64,000 bases of DNA from assembly GCA_964106645.2 (NCBI GenBank), contig OZ067054.1, one strand, 5' to 3'. Shown here one piece after another: positions 9,776 through 22,892 of the stretch. Within the stretch, counting starts at the first letter, position 1; every line of letters starts with the position of its first letter. The notes beneath the pieces were generated by a model. The model did not search any database, was not told where the DNA came from, and saw only the letters and a list, made by a program, of their open reading frames with translations. The stretch is from Podarcis pityusensis. Its lineage: Eukaryota. A program made the position numbers and the translations under genes.

Positions 9776-11779
9776 CCGTATTTTTCGCTCTATAGGACGC
9801 ACTTTTTTCCCTTCAAAAATGAAGGGAAAATGTGTGTGCGTCCTATGGAGCGAAGACGCCATAGCCCCGCGACCCTCTCCCGGCTGGAGAGGTGACGGGC
9901 GGCTATGGCAAGAGCCTCAATAGCCGCCCGTCACCTCTCCAGCCGGGAGATGGTCGTGGGGGGCTGCTTTAGCCCCGCGCATGCTCTCCCAGCTGGAGAG
10001 GTGACGGGCGGCTATGGCAGGAGCTTCTATAGCCGCCCGTCACCTCTCCAGCCGGGAGAGCGCGCGCGGGCACCCCGCGACCCTCTCCCGGCTGGAGAGG
10101 TGACGGGCGGCTATTGAGCCTCTTGCCATAGCCGCCTGTCACCTCTCCAGCCGGGAGAGGGTCGCAGGGCTGTTGGCGAGGTGATGGGCGGCTATAGAAG
10201 CTCCTGCCATAGCCGCCCGTCACCTCTCCAGCCGGGAGAGGGTCGTGGGGGGCTGCTTTAGCCCCGCGCACGCTCTCCCGGCTGGAGAGGTGACGGGCGG
10301 CTATGGCAAGAGCCTCAATAGCCGCCCGTCACCTCTCCAGCCAGCAGAGGGTCGCGGGGGGCTGCTTTAGCCCTGCGCGCGCTCTCCCGGCTGGAGAGGT
10401 GACGGGCGGCTATGGCAGGAGCTTCTATAGCCGCCCGTCACCTCTCCAGCCAGGAGAGGGTCGCGGGGGGCTGCTTTAGCCCCGCGCGCGCTCTCCCGGC
10501 TGGAGAGGTGACGGGCGGCTATGGCAGGAGCTTCTATAGCCGCCCGTCACCTCTCCAGCCGGGAGAGCGCGCGCGGGCACCCCGCGACCCTCTCCCGGCT
10601 GGAGAGGTGACGGGTGGCTATTGAGGCTCTTGCCATAGCCGCCCGTCACCTCTCCAGCCGGGAGAGGGTCGCAGGGCTGCTGGAGAGGTGATGGGCGGCT
10701 ATAGAAGCTCCTGCCATAGCCGCCCGTCACCTCTCCAGCCGGGAGAGGGTTGTGGGGGGCTGCTTTAGCCCCGCGCACGCTCTCCCGGCTGGAGAGGTGA
10801 CGGGCGGCTATGGCAAGAGCCTCAATAGCTGCCCGTCACCTCTCCAGCCAGGAGAGGGTCGCGGGGGGCTGCTTTAGCCCTGCGCGCGCTCTCCCGGCTG
10901 GAGAGGTGACGGGCGGCTATGGCAGGAGCTTCTATAGCCGCCCGTCACCTCTCCAGCCGGGAGAGCGCGCGCGGGCACCCCGCGACCCTCTCCCGGCTGG
11001 AGAGGTGACGGGCGGCTATTGAGGCTCTTGCCATAGCCGCCCGTCACCTCTCCAGCCGGGAGAGCGCGCGCGGGGCTGCTGGAGAGGTGATGGGCGGCTA
11101 TAGAAGCTCCTGCCATAGCCGCCCGTCACCTCTCCAGCCGGGAGAGCGCGTGTGGGGCTGCTGGAGAGGTGACGGGCGGCTATAGAAGCTCCTGCCATAG
11201 CCGCCCGTCACCTCTCCAGCCGGGAGAGGGTCGCGGGGGGCTGCTTTAGCCCCGCGCGCGCTCTCCCGGCTGGAGAGGTGACGGGCGGCTATGGCAAGAG
11301 CCTCAATAGCCGCCCGTCACCTCTCCAGCCAGGAGAGGGTCGCAGGGGGCTGCTTTAGCCCCGCGCGCGCTCTCCCGGCTGGAGAGGTGACGGGCGGCTA
11401 TGGCAGGAGCCTCTCTGCTGCGCCTTTCCGCTGCTCCCTGACCTGCTCTTTGGGGCTGGTGGTGGGCTTCCCCCCGCCAGCCCCAAAGAGCAGGTCGAAA
11501 TGAACCTGAAGCCTGGAGAGCGAGAGGGGTCAGTGCACACCGCCCCCTCTCGCTCTCCAGGCTTCCAAGGTAGCCGCCTGAACGCACCTTAAACGGCACC
11601 TTGTTTTAGAGCGGGAAAACAAGAGGGGGAAAGTTCTCCCCCTCTCTGCGCAGCGCCTCCTGCCACTTCGCTGAAGGGGCGCTGGGCAGAGAGGGGGAGA
11701 AATTTTTTTTCTTGTTCTCCCCCCTCTAAAACAAAGTGCGTCCTATTGTCCGGTGCGTCCTATGGTGCGAAAAATACGG
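9776..11779. mobile_element. Non-autonomous Tc1/mariner-superfamily (Tc2/Kanga-like) DNA transposon with hairpin-array interior
   Basis: TIRs CCGTATTTTTCGCTCTATAGGACGCAC / GTGCGTCCTATGGTGCGAAAAATACGG; TA on both sides (9774-9775, 11780-11781); no transposase. Confidence 0.88.
9875..11410. repeat. Tandem array of 15 complete palindromic units plus one half unit (32-bp arm, 13-nt loop, 32-bp arm)
   Basis: Arm CTCTCCCGGCTGGAGAGGTGACGGGCGGCTAT and its reverse complement flank loops GGCAAGAGCCTCA or GGCAGGAGCTTCT in either orientation. Some units have a shortened left arm. Confidence 0.97.
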
Positions 11780-12744
11780 TACTTGCAATTTATGCACATT
11801 TAACTTGTGCACATTCAGCTTTACACACTGGACAAAAGAAATCAAAAAGAGGTGGAAAGAGACTTCAGCAGTCCCATCCACCACTGAATCCAATTGGAAC
11901 CCAATGTGTTTTGACTATACACAATTTTGGCTTTAGGCAATATCCCCAGAGCATAACCCCTGTGCAAGTTAAGAGTGGCTTGTATGAGAAATTGATTCAA
12001 AAAGTATATGGTCTCAAAACATGGATTCAGTAAGGGTAGATCATATAATTGTTAACAATACCAACAAGGCCATAAATTCATTATTTTACTACATTTAAAG
12101 AGATATTTGACCACATGGAATAAGGAAAGCAAATCTTTAATTTTAGAAAATGAAGATGAATGTAAGACTTTACAAGCATAAGTACCTTCTGCTTTTCATC
12201 AGTTGCCTATATGGCCCCCATCTTCCATCGCTTATATTTTTTAAGCCAGGCAAAATGTTTGCCCTTCTGCCCTCCAATATTAAGCAGCTATCAGATCTTC
12301 TGAGTGCCATTTAGACTATTGTTTATTTTGGCTTATTAAAAGGTAAGAGATTATGTTGGAACATCAGTCATTTTAAAAGGTAATCAACAAAAAGGAAACA
12401 TAGAAACTGAACTAGTCATGGAAATTGGCTTCATAGGCAGGTGATCAGCACTTAAGTAAACAGTGGCTCTTTGTCTTTGTTCCAAAGCTGTTGGAAAAGT
12501 TTTGTCTTTGCAACTGCAAAGAGTGACTGACATTGGGATGTCTTACAAAGCATCAGACACTTATGTGGAAGGAAAAGAAAGTTTGGTGACAGAGGTCTGC
12601 TTAATTCTCAGATAAGCTGGTTAAAGCAGTAGTTATCAAGAGTAGAACAATGTATGTAGCTGCTCCCTACAGATTTTAATATCTGTATGGATCGTAATTG
12701 CTGGCAGACATGGAGTGATTTATGGGAAGCTATTCTGTTGACCA

Positions 12745-13094
12745 TAAGGCACGCGGGTGGTGCTGTGGGTTAAAACACAGAGCCTGAGGCTTGCCAATCA
12801 AAAGGTCGGTGGTTCGAATCCCCGCAATGGGGCAAGCTCTCATTGCTCTGTCCCTGCTCCTGCCAACCTAGCAGTTTGAAAGCACAAAGTGCAAGTAGAT
12901 AAATAGGTACCACTCTGGCGGGAAGGTAAACAGCGTTTCCATGCCAGAAGCGTGGTTTGCCAGAAGCGGCTTAGTCATGCTGGACACATGACCTGTACGC
13001 CGGCTCCCTCAGCCAATAAAGCGAGATGAGTGCCGCAACCCCAGAGTCGTCTGCAACTGGACCTAATGGTCAGGGGTCCCTTTACCTTTACCTT
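12745..13094 (+). mobile_element. Sauria SINE
   Basis: tRNA-like head with B box GGTTCGAATCC, (ACCTTT)n tail, 14-bp TSD TATTCTGTTGACCA (12731-12744, 13095-13108). Confidence 0.88.
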
Positions 13095-15579
13095 TATTCT
13101 GTTGACCAGTCAGCCAATACAGCCAGGATTTGTGGTGCTATATGGTTACATGTGCAAAGCCACCCAGGGGTTTTCTGTTCTTAGCTTGGATTGCGTAGCT
13201 TTGCAGTAGAAAGGCTGGGCTTGATGACATAAGCCAAAACTGGCTGGCTATGTTGTAGTTTCTGTACTATTTCTTGGGACCAGCCTCTAAGAGATGATGA
13301 TGTATGAAAGAAATTGAAAGATCTGGACTGACTTCCCACTTTCTGCAGAAATCTATATTATTGTGGGTGGCATTCTTTAACCATTTGCAGCCCTTCGTTT
13401 CAACTATCTGCAAAAATTGGAGGGAAAAACTCTGTAAAACTCTTGTGAAGCTTTGTTCTGCATACTGGGGTTAGTGAGTGCTGAAAGTATATATGATTGT
13501 TTTTAGTTTCTAATGGTTAGAACCATCATGTTAATAATTATTGCACATGCTGTGTAAATGCAAACACTGATCCATGTTCCAAAGAGGTTGTAGCTCAGTG
13601 GGCTTATATAAGTGAACGAGAGACTGCTTTTGCTAAGTAAGCATATGTTTCTTTTATTGTCATGGAAAATAAAAGATGACCCTGGACAGCTAAACTTCAG
13701 AAGAGACTTTGGGATTAAAACCTACTGTAAAAAATGACAATTGCATAAGTTAAGAAAGGGAAGCATAAGACCATTACATAATTTAATAGATTTTGCATAA
13801 AACTGTCTCTAAATGGTATGAACAGATAATTTGCCATTGTAACTTGTCACCTTTTTAAAAAGAACAACAAAACAAACAAAGGCTTTAAAATCTATGCTGT
13901 TGTTAGGGAGGGAAAGAAATTAGCATATTATATAGTTCAGTGAAGCAGAAAAGTTTCCTGTTCCAGTGCCTGTTTTGCTAATGGCTTGATTTCTTGGTGG
14001 GCCAATTAACCATTTTTATGTTTATGGATGGATAAACCTGCTTAACTGCTTGCTTGGAGTGCATTAGTGGGGATATTTAGCTCATAGTGAGTAGTTTCAA
14101 CAAGGCACTTTGTTGCATGACATCCACTAACATATACACCTTTCTATAACTAAGTGAGAACATTATAGTAAGTCCAACCATCTTAAGCATAAAACATCCC
14201 CAGCTGATGCCTGCCTTAATTTCTGAGGTAGGAGACAGCATATCTTCTTTCTGTACCTCATGCCACAGGATGACTGCTCTTCAATTTGGCAAGCTGTTTC
14301 TAATATGTAACTTTATTCTACTTTACAGTAGGTTATTTCTTGTCCTGTCTTCTGGGCAGGATGAACAATTCCCTGTGTTTCATTTTTTGAGATACATTTG
14401 TAAAACACTCATATTAGCTCCCCGCCTCCTTTTCTTGAGGCCGTATATAATTAGCTGTTTCAAACTTTCTTCATGTGTGCTTTCTAACCTAAACTTACTG
14501 TTTTCTAAATTATTTCCAGCTTAAAGTTTCATGGAACAGAAATGCCCAGAACTGAACATAGCACTGCATATGAAGTCTTACTAGTGCTCAGTGGAAGGCT
14601 ACTAGCTATGTTCTACCTCCTCAGTTGGAGGCAGTATGCCCCTGAAGGCCAGTTGCTGGGAATCACAACTGGGGAATGCTATCATGCTCAGGTCTTTCTT
14701 ACAGGCTTTCCTTTGGCATCTGGTCGGTCACTGAAAACAGAATCCTGAACTAGGCAGATGTTCCGTTGGCCTGATCCAGCAGGCTGTTCTTATGTACTTT
14801 TGCAAATGATAGCCCAGATTTCACATTCTCTGACCACTAGCACAAGGGCTGTTGTGCTAGCATAAGGGTGAGAATCATGGTTTGGCAAAATGAAATCCAT
14901 CACAACTATTACACTAGCAGAAGTTGGTGAAAGTGGTTGTGCAACAGGAAGTATTTGTGCTATAGTCATCTGTTGTGCAACCAGTCACAAGAACCATGCT
15001 GGCTTCCTGCACCTTCCCATTTATTTGTTTATTTTATTTATTTGACTTCTTAGTCGCTTGTCACCTAGCAGGTCTCCATAAACATAGGCACACTATAAAA
15101 TAGAACCATTCTGCTAGTGCAACAGGGCTAAGGGACTTTCACTTAGCACCACATTGAACTTCATTGATGGTTCTGCTGATCGCATAGCCAAAAATGGCAT
15201 TTGTCTTTTGCATCCTAATTTTTGACTTATGGCTCAGTGGTTATTCTGGATAATCAGCTAACTGTTTAATCAGGAACTGATTTGTTGACAGTCAGCAATT
15301 GACCAATTAACAAAAGGTTCCATTTGAAACAAAGCTTGCTTGTTGTAAATTAACCTAGCGTGAATTTGGAGTGCAGTTCTAAGGTGGGGCCTTTGATGCC
15401 AGTTCAGTTTGTGTGAACCAAACTCATTAATGTCAATGGAAAATAAATGGCAAGTACAAATATATTCTTTCTCCTCCCCAAGCTAAACGTGCATATGTGA
15501 GTGTGGAAAATAATTTTTGAGTGCACTACATATGTCATGAGTTCAAGTTTCTGTGTCAACAGTATTTCTTTATGAAATT

Positions 15580-15750
15580 TTAGGGGGGATGCTGAAAGTC
15601 ATCTAGTCCAACCCCCCAAAGAATACAGGAATCTAAACCAAAGCATCCCTGACAGATGGCCAGCCAACCTCTGCTTTAAAATGTACAAGGAAGGAGAGTC
15701 CACCACTTTCTGAGAGAGTCCGTTCCACTGTCAAACAGCTCTTACTGCAG
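15580..15750 (-). mobile_element. CR1 LINE 3' end fragment
   Basis: GTCATCTAGTCCAACCCC...AGCATCCCTGACAGATGGCCAGCCAACCTCTGCTTTAAAA is the reverse complement of a CR1 tail. Similar tails near 5260, 19340, 31220 and 48265. Confidence 0.6.
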
Positions 15751-16295
15751 GCTGTTACGTTGCATGACTTAATTGCTTGCATTAAGTCAATAACATCAAA
15801 AACAATTACTCTATAATCAGTTGCATTTCAGCCAGCCTGAAGGAAACAATAAAATGTTTGCAGCTTTGCAAAATCACCCATCATCATTAATTTTGCAAAT
15901 TGTCACTTGCTGATCACTTGAACATAGGCACATAAAACAATTGAGTTGTTCGGAGGTCCTTGATTTGTCTTTCCTGTAGAACTGTGTTGAGCGAAGTGGC
16001 TGTTCAGAGCCCCATCAGATGTGAAGAGGCCAGCAGTGCCCACTTCTCCTTGGGCTGTTGGGGGTGGAGGGAAGACTGCATCCTCTTGGCGTCTGTCCCT
16101 TTCATTATTGCTCCTTCCCTTTCTCATTGTGTTTCCTGGCTTTGCTGCATGTATGTGCTGCCAAATTTATGCTAACTGAGCATCAGCCAAAGGAATTAAA
16201 GGGGATTGTTAACTTACAATCACTCATTTGCCGTCATGTCAAGTAGGGCTGATGCATTTTGTGGTATTTTATTTGTAAAAAGAGAGTTCTCTTAA

Positions 16296-16297
<2 letters not shown>

Positions 16298-16330
<33 letters not shown>
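16298..16330. repeat. (GT)n microsatellite
   Basis: Direct reading. Confidence 0.95.
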
Positions 16331-16332
<2 letters not shown>

Positions 16333-17123
16333 GTACATGTCTGTCCTCTTTGCCTGAATGTTTGGTTTGGGTTTAAGGCAAGTTGGAAGTTTCGGTAGCA
16401 GGAAAAAGGAAATAATTTGCCTATGTATAACTTAGGTCAGCATTCATAACTGTTTTATTTTGATTCAATACTTAGACCATAAAGGCAGAAGTAGGTTGAA
16501 ACCTAGCCCAAGGCACATCTTACACTTTTACCCTCCTCTTAAACACAGAATCCTCTGTTGAGTTAGTGTTTTGTTCTGTTGAGCTGAGTTTGCTGCATTT
16601 GTCCTTGAAGGAGGTTAGAGATCATCAGAAGCCTGGTACTGATATAAAGTGTTCTGAACTCAGCAAGTATTAAAATCATTTATTTTGACTTCCAGATGAG
16701 TGGCATCACTCATAGTTCATCCACCAAAATGACCAGCAACCTCTGTGTTAGAACAAAACAGGACTGAAATAGACCTAGATAGTCTCATCCAGGAAACTGA
16801 TTGCACAGCAACCTACCACTCAAGCACTTGGGGCAGGAAGGGAATATTTGCAACTAGGTCTAGAGGGGAATTTTTCAGGATGAGTTGCAAAACTTCTTCA
16901 TTTAGGGTGGTTGGAGAAGCCCTTCTTTGAAGGAAGTGTTGGTCCAATCTCTTCCTGCCTTGATATTATGAGCCAAGAAAAGCAAAGGGTTAAGTATATA
17001 GGTTGTATGTCCAAGGACTCTGTCCAGCAGCTGAAATTCATCCAATGAAGCAAGCTTACATGTGCTCTGGTTACCTTCCCTGGTGACCAAGTCAAGGCAA
17101 ATATGAGTGGTTTCTGTTCTCAA

Positions 17124-17162
17124 AGTGGTGGTGGTGGTGGTGATGATGATGATGATGATGAT
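17124..17162. repeat. (GTG)n(ATG)n compound microsatellite
   Basis: Direct reading. Confidence 0.9.
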
Positions 17163-17545
17163 TTATATACCTCCCTTTATCAAAAGATCCCAGGATGGTG
17201 CACAATACCAGAAATGCACTACAAAACATCAACGATAAAAACATAATAAAAACATAGTAAAAAGCATACAGACAGCCTAATCGTAAAACAATCATATTAA
17301 TAACACTCCCATTGCTTTTATCACTGGTGTTTGGTGTCTCTCTCACTGTGTGTTTAAAACAGCAGTGTGACCCATACTTGACCAACCTAGACCAGAAATA
17401 ACAGCTACACCAAAACCAAGAAAGAGTTTTATGGAACCCAATATACTAACTAACAAATTTGTTATGGCATAAGTTGAATTAGATGCATGATAATGCTTAC
17501 ACAACATAATGTAGTGATTCTTTGTACATCTTTTCTTCATTTTAG

Positions 17546-17718
17546 GACAGGAAGCTGACCAAAGCTGAGCAGCAGAGATTTAAAGAAGAAGCTGAGATGC
17601 TCAAGGGATTGCAACATCCTAACATTGTCCGATTTTATGATTCCTGGGAATCAACTGTTAAAGGAAAGAAGTGCATTGTATTGGTAACTGAGCTGATGAC
17701 ATCTGGAACACTGAAGAC
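17546..17718 (+). CDS. WNK3: WNK3 exon, kinase N-lobe
   Basis: tttag|[58 protein letters not shown]|gtacgt; 173 nt. KAEQQR is WNK3-type rather than WNK1/WNK2. Confidence 0.96.
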
Positions 17719-18899
17719 GTACGTTTTTTCTTTCACAAATTTGATATAGTGTTTTTTAAAAAATGTATATTCACACCTGCTGGGACTGTTTTCACCCACT
17801 CCCCATTATGTGGTTGTATTGTAGGCCAGCAACATCAAAGTTCAGACACTTGGCACCAGAGCTGCATTGTGGCATATATGGGATATATGTAAATATCTTG
17901 CTACCCATCTGCGGCATGGTGGTTTGCTGATTAATCTGTATGGTTGAAATCTGCTTCATGTCAGTACGGTGTACTAAACAGTGTTGAATTTGAATATGAG
18001 GCAATCAGAATCACAGACCTGTAAAGCCACAAGACTCATTGGTTGGCCTTGGGTAAACCCTTATATGATAGGTGGAATAAAGGAAACAAAAACTGAATAC
18101 AAATAAGCCTTTTAAAGTTCTATAGAAATTATAACCAGTGTAGTTAGCAATGATGGTTAAGTTTTCTTTGGGGTGGGATGGGGGTAGAAATAAGAGAGTG
18201 TACTGAGAAGTCTCTTGAGTCAGTGTTCCATGGCAGCAGTGAAGATCAACTAAATTGCAAAATTGCTGCAATTAACTGATTTTTAGGGATTACTGATTTC
18301 AAGCTGGCAGATCATATACGTTATGTGAGTTGGTTATAATCAGGAAAGAAAGAAAATGTGCTGGGATTTTTGTACTGGGGCTGAGAAAGCATTGCTGACT
18401 ATGTAGAAATTCTGTGTAAAAGAATATTATGGAATACACAGTGTAACAAGAAAGATGGAATGTATGACTGAGGGATGGAAGCCTATTCTGTAATTTTGGT
18501 CTAGTCCTTCTCTAATTTCTACTACTACTTTCCCACCCCCAGGTGTAGAAAACTGTTCAGCAAAAATTAAGGCCGTTAAGATAAATTAAAAATGTCAAAT
18601 AACTTCATTTTTACATTGATGCTATTAACTTGAATTTATAAGATCCCACCCCCAAGAGAGAACTTGTGAGATTACCTGTGTGAAGTTTCAAACTTGTGTT
18701 GCGTCTCCCTTGTGAAAAGGCCTATAGCTCATCAATAAGTTACTGTATGTGATGTATAAATCAACGGGCCTTCTGTTAAGCGCCAAGAGAACTGAATGGC
18801 TCAGGATGTAACAATCAAAGGCACAATTTGCAATAGAAGCAAAAACCAAGAATGCTGCTAATAGCTAGAGAACAAACGAAATAGAATCATGCTTAATAG

Positions 18900-19140
18900 A
18901 CATCAAAGGCATGGAAGACATTTTCAATTGGCACTGAAAATGTCATAAAGTGGGTGCTTGTCAACTACGTATAGCTGGGCAGGGAATTCCAAACTCTAGG
19001 TGCCACAGCAGAAAAGGTCCTGACTTGAGTAGCCACCCACCTTCCTTCTGAGCTGGGGTAGGAGTGAGGGGAGGGCCCTGGAAGCAGGGCCTGCAGATGA
19101 TGATCATGCAGAGGTGGATTTACATTTGAGGGAGCAGATA
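18900..19140 (-). mobile_element. L2-like LINE 3' fragment
   Basis: Minus translation RTFSAVAPRVWNSLP. Confidence 0.55.
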
Positions 19141-19727
19141 GTTCACCAAAAACTCCAGTTTTTGTTTGTAAGCACAGATTTCTGCTTGTAAGCACTGTAT
19201 TAATACACTAACATCTGCATGTCCAAATTAATAATTGGGCAGTCAAATGATGGATCACTTGAGATTTCCACAAGACAGTGGTGCCATAGGTCAGTGTCTG
19301 GTCGTTGGTGGTTCATGCCCATTCAGGGACAGCTGTGGACAGGATTCCTGCATTACAGGGGGTTGGATTAAATGACCCTTGGGGTTCCTTCGGACTCTAC
19401 AATTCTATGATTCTAAGGCCCACATATAGCACATTAGATGTGATTGTTATAAACAGTTGAGACAGATTTCCTTGTAGTATGCTGACTCCCTCTTTATCTT
19501 TTGGTATTCTAACCCAGTGATTATTTTTCATTTATGGAACCCCTGCTCATGTTGTGATATTCTGCAGAACCCAAACATCACAAAAACTTATTAATATTAT
19601 TGGAATATTACTCAGAATCACTGAAGTGTCAGTGTAAAATTCCACAAAAACTTGATTGAAAGCACTATGCAAGTGGATTAACTTGATGGTGTGGTTAACA
19701 TCTGCGGTGTGGTGTTCTCTCTCATAG

Positions 19728-19948
19728 GTACTTAAAGCGTTTCAAAGTCATGAAGCCAAAGGTGTTAAGGAGCTGGTGCCGACAGATCTTGAAAGGGCTG
19801 CATTTTCTGCACACAAGGACCCCTCCTATCATCCACCGTGATTTGAAATGTGACAACATCTTCATCACGGGGCCCACTGGTTCAGTGAAGATTGGCGATC
19901 TGGGACTGGCCACCTTAATGCGCACATCGTTCGCTAAGAGTGTCATTG
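19728..19948 (+). CDS. WNK3: WNK3 exon, catalytic loop and DLG
   Basis: catag|[12 protein letters not shown]...[40 protein letters not shown]|gtgaat; 221 nt. Confidence 0.97.
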
Positions 19949-20391
19949 GTGAATACAGTGTGTTTGTGTACTCCACTGGAGAGCCACTTGTGGTGTGTCT
20001 CTCTTTGTCCTCAGTAGAGACTGGAATCTGCAATTGTATCCAAGCAGTGCTACTGCTATAGTGCATAAAGAGTTCAAGATCAGGCTTCCTAAAGTCTGCC
20101 TCTTGACTGGTTCCAGTGTAATGTTTCTGATCCACTGGAAGATTTTGACCATGAATGAAAAACATTTCTAACACACTCCAGTGAAATTTTTTTATGTTTT
20201 AAGGTCCTAAATTCAGTACCCAAATTCTGCTGCCTCATAACTGAAATCTAGAGATTGAAGGGTGGACCCTAATACATGAGCTGCCATATTATGGTTACTC
20301 ATCTGCATGAATTCATTCATGGGCCATTTGCTAGGTTGAAGCCCCTTGGCTTCTTCACACAAATCAAAGGCAGCTAACAAAAGTTTGAATA

Positions 20392-20633
20392 CAGTGGTAC
20401 CTCGGAGTACATACGCTTCAGGTTACATACACTTCAGGTTACAGACTCTGCTAACCCAGAAATATTACCTCGGGTTAAGAACTTTGCTTCAGGATGAGAA
20501 CAGAAATTGTGCTTCGGCGGCGCAGTGGCAGCAGGAGGCCCCATTAGCTAAAGTGGTGCTTCAGGTTAAGAACAGTTTCAGGTTAAGAACGGACCTCCAG
20601 AACGAATTAAGTACTTAACCCGAGGTACCACTG
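20392..20633. mobile_element. Tigger/pogo-like MITE
   Basis: TIR CAGTGGTACCTCGG / CCGAGGTACCACTG, TA flanks. Confidence 0.85.
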
Positions 20634-20749
20634 TACATGTGAAACATAAATCCAAACAAATAACAAGACTAAGCACACTAATAACAGAGCCCTTAATCAG
20701 GATTCAAGTGGCGTAGTCCCCAAAGGTCCGTACTGTGAAACAAAGGAAG

Positions 20750-20909
20750 GAACATAGGAAGCTGCCTTATACTGAGTCAGGCCATCTTGCTCAGTGTTGT
20801 CTACACTGACTGGCAGTCGCTTTCCTGCATTTCAGAAAGAAATCTTTCCCAGGCATTCCTGGAGATACTAGGGATTGAAGGTAGGGCCTTCTGCATTCAA
20901 ACCAGATGC
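20750..20909 (-). mobile_element. Squam3-like tRNA-derived SINE, head truncated
   Basis: GAACATAGGAAGCTGCCTTATACTGAGTCAG tail; homologous to copies at 29812 and 32497. Confidence 0.65.
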
Positions 20910-22049
20910 TCTAAGGCATCTCTCCCAGCCAGCCTTCAGCCAGCTTTGATCCTTCACCATAGATGGAGCCATCTGGGCCTTGCTATGTAGGGCATTCCAA
21001 AATAAGGATGCCATGACTGAAAGAGTTCTGTTTCTGATACTTGCTCGTCAAATGCCTAATTCAAATGCTAGAGGTTCTGATAGAATAGAAGTATGATTGT
21101 TTCTTTTTATTTTCTTCTCCTTGGGGTTTTTCAGGAAGTCAGAATATGCAGAATTAGGGTGGACAGGTGGGATCTGCAGCAATTTTTTCTAGGCAGTCAT
21201 ATTGTCTTTTGGGATGTTCTATTCCATGTTTCTCCTGCAATTTTTTGGTCCCTCCTTCTAATGGTCAGTTAGCATTCTATGTCAACTGAGTACAGTGTAC
21301 CTGGTTGTTACTGAATTAATTTCACCTGCTCATATATTTTTGTTATTAGTTTTTTTTATTGTTTTCCAAACTTGCTGTTCCCCCATAGCTAGTATCTCCC
21401 TCTTTTGTGTGAAATGCAGCAGTTTGGCTATCTAAGGATCACATTCAGAGATTATGTTCGCTATTTTGTATTGTTACAAAAGTTGGGTGCCTCTCCCTCT
21501 CTCTGCTGAGCAGTAGCAAGAGTCCATAGGATTCCCGGCACTCACCTAGGGTCTGTGTTCCTTTGGAGAATTGAGACACGGCGGAGACTGTCGTAGCTTT
21601 AAAACATATCCACCTATTTACAGCTTCAGTCTGCATGGAGAGAGTCCAGATCTTACACCATGGTCATTTCAGGAGGGGCTTGTCCCCCAGAGCAGTGCAG
21701 CCATGGAATCTAAGGCATCTCTCCCAGCCAGCCTTCAGCCAGCCTGCCCAAGATGGATCCCCGTCTTTCTTCTTCCTTCTTCCTGGAACAGCTTGCTAAA
21801 GACTCCCTATTCCTGTCACTTCAGACACACACCCTGTCACCTTGGCAACATCTATCTCCCCAGGCCAACGGACCCCTCTCAGATAGCCCATCAACCCATT
21901 TTGCCATGTTAACAGATTAGCTCTTTGCCAGACTTGCCAGGCTGGTTTGCATAAGCCAGCCCAGGGATTCCTTGTCTGGCACAGTTCTGCGGCTTGTACT
22001 TTCATACATATCCCTGTTAATCAAAATCCTACCCTTTATTAATTTCTAG

Positions 22050-22382
<333 letters not shown>

Positions 22383-22892
22383 TAAACTTGTATATTGGGA
22401 GCTTAAGGCAACTAAGCCAATTATTCAGAACTAATGCTAGTCCTGTTGCCCTCAAAGCAGCTGCTAAACTTAGCCTGGACTTATCTAGACATTGCTGAGT
22501 TCTTTCTGGAGTGACTGATAGTTTCAGGTGTGTCATCTGCAGAAGAAGTTTAACTACTGTTTGGTGTTCAGATGGCACAATATGCAAGGGTAAGCTTGCT
22601 TATTTTTGGCCAAAAATTGAATGGATGGTTCCTTAACCAAACTTTGTCTATTTATTTATTTAATTTCTATACCACCCTTCACCTGAGGATCACAGGGCAG
22701 TTAACAATATGGAGCTGCATAAGTGTCAATCCCTGCATAATCTTTTCCTCCCAGCTTCATAGTCAGACTGGCAACTCAAATGATGTGTTCATTCAGACAT
22801 CAAAAATAGCTTCCATGCATTTATTCTCTGGCTAATGTGTGTGGCTTGTTCTGTAGCTGTAGTGAACTAGTTACACTGAAGGTCGGTGCATC

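Noticed and set aside
9875-11410. CRISPR-like repeat/spacer array
   Set aside because: The loops are only two recurring 13-mers, not unique spacers; there are no cas genes; the context is a eukaryotic intron bounded by transposon TIRs.
9905-11599. Repeated short ORFs (LPAGEVTGGY) on both strands
   Set aside because: Products of the GC-rich palindromic repeat, which reads the same on both strands; no supporting splice context.
17092-17385. Poly-His ORF on the minus strand
   Set aside because: Translation of the (GTG)n(ATG)n microsatellite.
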